This document shows positions 26,257 through 32,000 of a stretch of DNA of 32,000 bases, piece by piece (position 1 is the stretch's first letter; each line of letters opens with the position of its first letter). The position numbers and the translations under genes were made by a program. The stretch is from Pyrodictium abyssi (GTDB lineage Archaea; Thermoproteota; Thermoprotei_A; Sulfolobales; Pyrodictiaceae). The DNA lies in contig NZ_AP028907.1 in the NCBI RefSeq assembly GCF_036323395.1, positions 300,001-332,000 of the forward strand. The letters run 5' to 3'. Under the pieces are notes generated by a model. It did not search any database and was not told the DNA's origin. It saw only the letters and a program-made list of their open reading frames with translations.

Positions 26257-27171
26257 TTACTGTTGCGCAGTGTTAAGCGAGATGCCAGCCATGCCTATCA
26301 TAGCTATATGCCTTAAGCCGTTGTAGAATTTGGTCTTGACGCCACGCTCTTTAAGTCTCTTATTAACCTCCTCTATTGATATATTCTCGATACGGTGTTT
26401 GTTAGATGCCGCTATGAAGCTGTTAGTGTATGCGAACGATGGAACCCATACCACGTATTCTCTAACGAAGCGGAACACCTGGCTCATGGCATCGTAGACT
26501 TTCTGGAACGCTTCGGGGAAGAGCGTAGAACAACCGGCCTGTGTCACTACAATGCCATCCTCTTCGAGAACCCTAGTTATAAGCTCGAATGCTTCACGAG
26601 AATAGAGCTGTGCAGCTATATCGGAGCCATAGGGGTCTGTTAGATCCATTATGATTACGTCAAACTTTTCGCCGCGCTCGGCAGCCTCTCTCACGTACTT
26701 GAACCCATCCATAATGTGTACTTCTGCACGTGGATCCTCAAAGGCGCCTTGGTGCCACTCTGGCAGGAACTTCTTAGAGACCTCGACGACCTCGCCGTCA
26801 ATATCAACCATTACGGCCTTCTCCACAGTGCTGTGTCGGAGTACATCACGTAGTGTTGCACCTTCACCGCCACCTAGTATGAGTACGCGCCTAGGCTCCG
26901 GATGAACAGTCATTACAGGGTGAACAAGCGCCTCATGGTAGATGTGCTCGTCGCTCTCCGTGCTCTGGATTAGACCGTCAAGTATGAGCGTCTTGCCGAA
27001 ACCCTTCAGCCTTGCTATTACTATTTCCTGGTATTGTGAACGGGTACTGTATATCACTTCTTCTACAGCGTATATGGTGCCCATGGGACCGCCCGGCTGG
27101 TATAGCGATAGCCTGAACGCGTCAAGCTCCACAGCTGAGCCACCCAAAGGTACCGGAGAGGCATCTCGCAT
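26257..27171 (-). CDS. speE: Spermidine/aminopropyltransferase
   Basis: 'SRYQEI'-like 'TRSQYQEIVIA', 'LILDGLIQSTESDEHIYHEALVHP', 'RVLILGGGEGATLRDVLRH', 'FDVIIMDLTDPYG'. Confidence 0.93.
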   Translation of the reverse strand: MRDASPVPLGGSAVELDAFRLSLYQPGGPMGTIYAVEEVIYSTRSQYQEIVIARLKGFGKTLILDGLIQSTESDEHIYHEALVHPVMTVHPEPRRVLILGGGEGATLRDVLRHSTVEKAVMVDIDGEVVEVSKKFLPEWHQGAFEDPRAEVHIMDGFKYVREAAERGEKFDVIIMDLTDPYGSDIAAQLYSREAFELITRVLEEDGIVVTQAGCSTLFPEAFQKVYDAMSQVFRFVREYVVWVPSFAYTNSFIAASNKHRIENISIEEVNKRLKERGVKTKFYNGLRHIAMIGMAGISLNTAQQ

Positions 27172-27299
27172 TAATACGGCTCGGGTACCACTACCCGGAC
27201 TGGCACCATATCACGCGGTATATGAGACATAAGTGTGGAAGACCACTAGGGCTTCAGCGGTAGTCGAACCGCGAAAAGCAATAATTCGTGTAACACTGA

Positions 27300-28166
27300 A
27301 TGCATGAGGTTCCCTTGGGTGCCTACCGGGTGCCGTCTAGGCTGAAAGTCCAGCTAGCAGCACTAGTCATGGTAACAATACTACTAGCGGCAACATATAC
27401 CTACATTGCTAGCCACGTAGCCGAGAAAAGCTATGCATACAATGCGGACACACTACTAGTTTTCCAGAACCCGAACACAAACGAGACGATAAGAGCTGAG
27501 GCTAAGAGCGCAATAACAATCACCATACTCGAGCGTAGCGAGCAGACATACAGCATCAAGCTAAGAGTAGAAATAAGACATGAAAGAGTAAAAGTCGAGC
27601 CAAGCAAGTACGCGGAAGCATTCGGCTTCAGTAACAAAACCCTGGAAGCAAGTATTAACACGAACACTTGCAGCCTCGTAGAAAGCGGCGTAGAGATACA
27701 GCCGACAATAGACCAGTTCTACTGCAACATAAGCGCCATAGATGAGGCAATGGCTGAAAGTAAAGGCTTTGCAATACACAGGGAAGGAGACTTAGCAGTG
27801 ATAGGCTACTCGAACACAACAGGGCCCCTAAAGATAGAAGTTAAAGCAGCCTATAGCCTTGCCACCGGCCTCCTCCGGTACTATAGAGCCCACATATACT
27901 CAGACAGCCCCTCGAAAGCGCTGGGGATAAAGGAGATCAGGGAAGACATAACCCTGCATAGCGAGCCTGGAGGCCCTACTTGGCTTGCGCGGCTAATACT
28001 AGTGGCACTGGTGGCTTCTGCCTCGGCCACTATACTGCAAGTATACCGGTATCTTAGGCACAGGCCTGGCGGCGGAGACAAGAAACACGAGGATGCGGAG
28101 GGAGGCATAGAGGAGGAAGATAGTAGCAAAGAACGAGAGACCGGTGAAGAAAAAGCAGGAGAATAA
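27300..28166 (+). CDS. Predicted membrane-anchored extracytoplasmic protein, unknown function
   Basis: N-terminal TM 'LAALVMVTILLAATYTYIA', C-terminal TM 'WLARLILVALVASASATILQVY', acidic tail; several N-x-S/T motifs. Confidence 0.7.
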   Translation: MHEVPLGAYRVPSRLKVQLAALVMVTILLAATYTYIASHVAEKSYAYNADTLLVFQNPNTNETIRAEAKSAITITILERSEQTYSIKLRVEIRHERVKVEPSKYAEAFGFSNKTLEASINTNTCSLVESGVEIQPTIDQFYCNISAIDEAMAESKGFAIHREGDLAVIGYSNTTGPLKIEVKAAYSLATGLLRYYRAHIYSDSPSKALGIKEIREDITLHSEPGGPTWLARLILVALVASASATILQVYRYLRHRPGGGDKKHEDAEGGIEEEDSSKERETGEEKAGE

Positions 28167-28222
28167 GCCTGCTGGTGCTCCGGCAGAAGCCGAAGGTGGG
28201 CCCGTCCTCCCAGCACTAGGTG

Positions 28223-28229
28223 TATAAAA
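28223..28229 (+). promoter_or_regulatory. Orphan TATA box TATAAAA
   Basis: 'gtgTATAAAACag' with no plus-strand ORF within the next 480 nt. Confidence 0.5.
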
Positions 28230-28284
28230 CAGACATGACATTTAGCATGGTTCGGAGAGCTGCTCTGACTCGTCTGAACCCTGC

Positions 28285-28339
28285 GTGATGAAGGCCTTTA
28301 GGGCGGAGCATGTGCAATGAAGTAAGTACCCTCGGCTGA
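28285..28339 (+). ncRNA. Candidate box C/D sRNA
   Basis: C box GTGATGA (28285-28291), 12-nt spacer, D'-like CGGA (28304-28307), C'-like GCAATGA (28314-28320), D box CTGA (28336-28339); flanks TGC/GCA are complementary. Confidence 0.55.
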
Positions 28340-28515
28340 GCACGGGATACTAGTATGCAGCGAAGTTGCTGCAGAATGCGTACCTTAATGCTGCTGACCT
28401 CATGGCGGTCGTTGACGATCATGGGTGTGGCCGTCTAATGCTGCTCGCAAACTGGACGATAGGCATGGCGTTGGGAGAACGTGCATCCCTAGTAGAGGTT
28501 GATTGAAGCGGTGGG

Positions 28516-28591
28516 TGGAGCCGCCGGCGGGATTTGAACCCGCGACCACCGGCTTACAAGGCCGGCGCTCTGCCCGCTGAGCTACGGCGGC
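28516..28591 (-). tRNA. tRNA-Thr (anticodon TGT), CCA encoded
   Basis: Reverse complement GCCGCCG-TA-GCTC-AGCGGGCA-GAGC-G-CCGGC-CTTGTAA-GCCGG-TGGTC-GCGGG-TTCAAAT-CCCGC-CGGCGGC-T-CCA folds as a perfect cloverleaf; no intron; discriminator U. Confidence 0.98.
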
Positions 28592-28726
28592 ACAGCCCAG
28601 GGGGCTCTGCGGCTCCGTGAGGTACCTATCCTCCCGGCGGTGGGGTGTTTAACGGTTACGCTCCGGTAGACCTTCCCGGTATAAGGGGGATAACGGATTT
28701 CGCAGCTCCTGGGGGTCTGCTAGGCT

Positions 28727-29350
28727 TTGAGTAGCCCAAGCCTCGACGAACTCGAGGAGTATACCAGTAGGCTAATACCAGTAGAGCCTAGCGGCGTATT
28801 CCGGTTCCGCTGTACCAGGTGCGGCGGCTGCTGTAGCGGCGGCCCTAATGTGTCTCTGACAGTATTCGACGTAGTGCGCATGGCCAGGTTCTTGCGCATA
28901 GAGTGGCGCGGCTTTCTACGTGGCTACGTTAAGGTGATAATAGCCGACGTTATGCCCCACATGCTTCTCCGTGGAGACGAGCGTGGCCGGTGCCTCTTCC
29001 TAGCCGAAAAACACAACGGGGTCAAGCTATGCGTCATCTACCCTGCTCGGCCTATGCGGTGCCGCCTATACCCGCTACTCGTTGAGGGGCTGAAGCCTAG
29101 ACGCCTCTACCTAGACCCTAAGTCGCCCGGTGTAGGACAAGGCCCTGAGAGGAGAACCCCCTCGAGGCTCATAGAGCAGTATATCTGGGAGCGGCGTGAG
29201 CACTATAGGCGACTACACCGCCTAATAGTAGAGGAAGGAGTCGAGCCCCTCGAAGCCCTCTACCAGGCGCTCAGCGAGGCCTGGAAAGAAGCTGAGCAGG
29301 GAGCAGCCTGGGCAGACTTAGACCGTCTCTCGGGCCTGGGCTCCGTCTAG
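28727..29350 (+). CDS. YkgJ-type Cys-cluster (Zn/Fe-S) protein
   Basis: 'FRCTRCGGCCSGGPNVSLTVFDVVRMARFL..CVIYPARPMRCRLYPLLVEG'. Confidence 0.85.
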   Translation: MSSPSLDELEEYTSRLIPVEPSGVFRFRCTRCGGCCSGGPNVSLTVFDVVRMARFLRIEWRGFLRGYVKVIIADVMPHMLLRGDERGRCLFLAEKHNGVKLCVIYPARPMRCRLYPLLVEGLKPRRLYLDPKSPGVGQGPERRTPSRLIEQYIWERREHYRRLHRLIVEEGVEPLEALYQALSEAWKEAEQGAAWADLDRLSGLGSV

Positions 29351-29423
29351 CCACCGGCCCGGGAACGATAAAACCAGCGCCGTGAGTACTCCTGGAAGAA
29401 CCTACTAGTGGTGTGCTGGTAGC

Positions 29424-30155
29424 TTGGCCGACCTCTCGGCAGTGCCTCCAGAGAAGCGGGTAGAAGCCTACATAGCTAACGTCGAGCTGGCTCTCGAGAA
29501 GCTTGAGGCGGCGAAGGCGAGCCTAGACAGTAGGGCGTTAAAACTGGTAGAGCTGGCCCGGCTGTACGTCAGCGATGCACGCTACTACCTTGAGCGTGGC
29601 GACGTATTCACAGCGCTGGCGGACATAGCATACGCCGAGGGCTTGGTGGACGCGCTCCGCTGGCTGGGTCTCGCCAGGTTCGAGTGGCGGCCAACAAGCA
29701 GGCTTCTTGAGCGCCCTAAGGTCCTCGTAGCAGGCACCTTCGACATAATTCATCCAGGGCACATAGAGTTCTTGAGGCAGGCGTGGCTTCGCGGCCGCGT
29801 CTACGTAGTAGTGGCGAGGGACAGCTCCGTGCGCCGGTTCAAGAACAGAGACCCCATAGTTCCCGAAGAGCAGCGGCTCGCCGTGGTATCGGCTATACGC
29901 TACGTAGACAAGGCCGTGCTAGGCAGCGAGAAGGATGTACTAGAGCCTATCCGGGCTATCAGGCCCGACATAATACTCCTAGGGCCCGACCAGTGGGCGA
30001 GCGAGGAATGGCTAAGCAAACGGCTAGAAATGGAAGGGCTAAGTCCGCGCATAGAACGCTTAGAGGAGAAGAAGAACTGTAGCCTCTGCAGTACTACGAA
30101 GATAGCGTGTAGGGCGGCACGTATAGCAGAGACGAGCAACATGTGTAACGGATAG
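29424..30155 (+). CDS. DUF357 domain fused to RibL-like FAD synthase/cytidylyltransferase
   Basis: 'LELARLYVSDARYYLERGDVFTALADIAYAEGLVDALRWLG' DUF357-like; 'VAGTFDIIHPGHIEFLRQA' HxGH; 'ILLGPDQW'; C-terminal 'CSLCSTTKI'. Confidence 0.85.
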   Translation: MADLSAVPPEKRVEAYIANVELALEKLEAAKASLDSRALKLVELARLYVSDARYYLERGDVFTALADIAYAEGLVDALRWLGLARFEWRPTSRLLERPKVLVAGTFDIIHPGHIEFLRQAWLRGRVYVVVARDSSVRRFKNRDPIVPEEQRLAVVSAIRYVDKAVLGSEKDVLEPIRAIRPDIILLGPDQWASEEWLSKRLEMEGLSPRIERLEEKKNCSLCSTTKIACRAARIAETSNMCNG

Positions 30156-30170
30156 CGCCTAGCCCCTCGT

Positions 30171-30797
30171 CTAGTAGCCCTCAGTGTAGAGGGCGTAGAT
30201 CCGTTTCAGCTCCTCCACGGGGTTCTCGGAGTAGTCTACCCGGAGGTCTACTACGCGGTCGTAGTAGGGCGCATACTCGGTCTGGCCTACAACCAGGAGC
30301 GCGGCAGAACGGTCCCCTCTACGGTCGCCACCCGCCCGGTGGCCAGCCTCTATTGCAGCGAGCAACTTGTCTGCAAGCCCGCCCTTAGCTGTGACGAACG
30401 CCTTGATGGCCGCCCTGCAGACCTCTGGGCCCTTAACAAGGTTTGCTATGCAGACAAGAGGCTCTTGTGGATGAACTATGTAGCCGTGCCAGCTCGGGGA
30501 CCACTCTCCATCGTGTACAGCGATATCGCCCCGGTAGTCTATCACGGCAACCTGGCGGTGCGCGGGGCTAGGATCCCGCGCGAGCGCCATGCGGAGGGCC
30601 TCTTCCGCGCTAGACGCCTTTGAGAGGAATTCCAGCACCATTGGGGCTAGTGCGGGGTTCGTGTAAGCCTGCGTAGCAACTACTCCTACACCGTGCCTGC
30701 CCCATGGCACTCTTGAGCCTACAGATACACTTCCCGACACAACTGCCACGCCAGCCTGGCCGAGCAGAGGGTCGTAGGCTAGAATACTGTAGGTCAA
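30171..30797 (-). CDS. DUF1028 family putative Ntn-hydrolase-like protein
   Basis: 'YSILAYDPLLGQAGVAVVSGSVSVGSRVPWGRHGVGVVATQAYTNP'. Start moved from 30911 to a TTG near 30797. Confidence 0.8.
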   Translation of the reverse strand: MTYSILAYDPLLGQAGVAVVSGSVSVGSRVPWGRHGVGVVATQAYTNPALAPMVLEFLSKASSAEEALRMALARDPSPAHRQVAVIDYRGDIAVHDGEWSPSWHGYIVHPQEPLVCIANLVKGPEVCRAAIKAFVTAKGGLADKLLAAIEAGHRAGGDRRGDRSAALLVVGQTEYAPYYDRVVDLRVDYSENPVEELKRIYALYTEGY

Positions 30798-30992
30798 GAC
30801 ATAGCCACCCAGAGGGCGTTGAGGCCTTACACCCGGCAGTAGCCCATACCAGAACACTATACCGGGTAAGCTAATTATGTGTGGAGCTAGGCGCGGGAGG
30901 CCTCCTAGCATACCGGGCTCTAATGAAGTTAGAAACTGTACAGGCAGAGGATTAGGGGTCCTATGACATAGGCTTACCGTGGTCCGGTACGG

Positions 30993-31196
30993 CTAGACCT
31001 GGTAGAGCTGGCGCCTAGTCTCCTCTGGAACCTCGTCCTCCTTGAGCACAGGGAACGATACCGGCGGCTCTCTCCTCTTAGGCCCTACCACTATGTATTT
31101 GGACGCGTCGTCTTCCCGGCTCTTGAGAACACGTACCTTGACATACCACCCGTCGTTGCGGAGTACGTAGGCGTATTTACCGTGCTTCCCGCCCAT
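30993..31196 (-). CDS. Small conserved-looking crenarchaeal protein, unknown function
   Basis: 67-aa ORF 'GKYAYVLRNDGWYVKVRVLKSREDDASKYIVVGPKRREPP'; beta-rich, basic. Confidence 0.6.
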   Translation of the reverse strand: MGGKHGKYAYVLRNDGWYVKVRVLKSREDDASKYIVVGPKRREPPVSFPVLKEDEVPEETRRQLYQV

Positions 31197-31291
31197 CTTG
31201 TCCTTGCACCCCAGGCCACAGCTCCAGGAGAGCGGCTGGCTATAAGCCTTAGAGTCAGGGCTCTTAGCTACAAGTATGGGGAGGGCAGACT

Positions 31292-31930
31292 ATGAGTGCA
31301 GCCGGGAAGACAAAGGTAGAGGTACCAGAGATACCGGTCAAGGAGGCGGTAGAGCTCCCAGCGGAGAAGACAGCACTAATCATAGTAGATATGCAGAACG
31401 ACTTCGTAAAGCCCCAGGGCCGGCTCTACGTTCCAGCAGCGGAGAAGACCGTTCCGGCGATACGCCGGCTACTAGAACGCGCCCGCAACCATGGAGTGAT
31501 GACAGTGTTTACGAAAGACACACACTACCCTGGCGACCCCGAGCACAGGATCTGGGGTGAGCACGTAGTACGCGGAACCTGGGGATGGGAGATAATCGAC
31601 GAACTGAAGCCAGTCAAAGGGGAGATAGTGATCGAGAAGACTAGGTATGACGGCTTCTACGGTACACCGCTTGACGACCTCCTAAGGGTATACGGAATAG
31701 AGCATTTAGTCATCGTGGGCACGGTGGCCAACATATGTGTCCTGCACACGGCGGGCAGCGCGGCACTAAGATGGTACAAGATATACGTCCCCATGGACGG
31801 TATTAGCGCTCTTAACGAGTTCGACTATTACGTGGCACTACGCCAGATATCATACCTATACCTAAGCACGATAGTCCGGAGTGCTGATGGAGTAAGGTTT
31901 GTAGGCAAAGGGCCCTGGGAGCGCGGATAA
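31292..31930 (+). CDS. Isochorismatase/nicotinamidase family cysteine hydrolase
   Basis: 'TALIIVDMQNDFVKPQGRLYVP', 'IEKTRYDGFYGTPLDDLLR', 'LVIVGTVANICVLHTAGSAALRWYKIYVPMDGISALNEF'. Confidence 0.9.
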   Translation: MSAAGKTKVEVPEIPVKEAVELPAEKTALIIVDMQNDFVKPQGRLYVPAAEKTVPAIRRLLERARNHGVMTVFTKDTHYPGDPEHRIWGEHVVRGTWGWEIIDELKPVKGEIVIEKTRYDGFYGTPLDDLLRVYGIEHLVIVGTVANICVLHTAGSAALRWYKIYVPMDGISALNEFDYYVALRQISYLYLSTIVRSADGVRFVGKGPWERG

Positions 31931-32000
31931 CCCAGTACGGCAAACGGCTAGGCGCCAGGAGGCAAGCGGCCCCAAGGGCCCGCCGGAGAGGAGGCATGGA

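Noticed and set aside
27257-27272. T-arm-like GCGGTTCGACTACCGC (minus strand) resembling a tRNA fragment
   Set aside because: Position 61 equivalent is A, a 5-bp stem with 7-nt loop does not form, and no acceptor, D or anticodon arms are nearby.
28216-28422. Minus-strand 68-aa ORF over the sRNA candidate
   Set aside because: No protein-like features; the plus-strand TATA and C/D boxes explain the interval better.
1-32000. CRISPR array, transposon, integrase, toxin-antitoxin or restriction-modification system
   Set aside because: No regularly spaced repeats, no transposase or integrase motifs, and no paired methylase/restriction or TA genes seen; the nuclease-like gene at 9707 lacks such partners.

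Overview
32 kb of a compact, gene-dense chromosome. Gene content (Nop5/fibrillarin, TFB, aIF1, RNAP subunit P, class I LysRS, deoxyhypusine synthase, endA) points to a hyperthermophilic crenarchaeon, probably Pyrodictiaceae-like; that placement is inference. Most genes are informational or housekeeping. I see no CRISPR array, transposase, integrase or obvious defence island. One tRNA (Thr, TGT anticodon, encoded CCA, minus strand) is well supported. Best leads: (1) a long GC-rich leader upstream of the TFB gene with two strong, interlocking helices that compete or form a pseudoknot; (2) an orphan TATA promoter followed by a box C/D sRNA-like element at 28285-28339; (3) an alternative-heme-pathway-like cluster with two radical SAM/SPASM proteins flanking a single-polypeptide AhbA-AhbB-like fusion; (4) a B12-binding-like/radical SAM protein with a split CX24CX2C cysteine motif, a C-terminal TRAM-like segment and a hairpin-rich leader; (5) a nested hairpin just downstream of fibrillarin; (6) several short inverted repeats at promoters. 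Family names come from motif recognition by eye; no database search was run.
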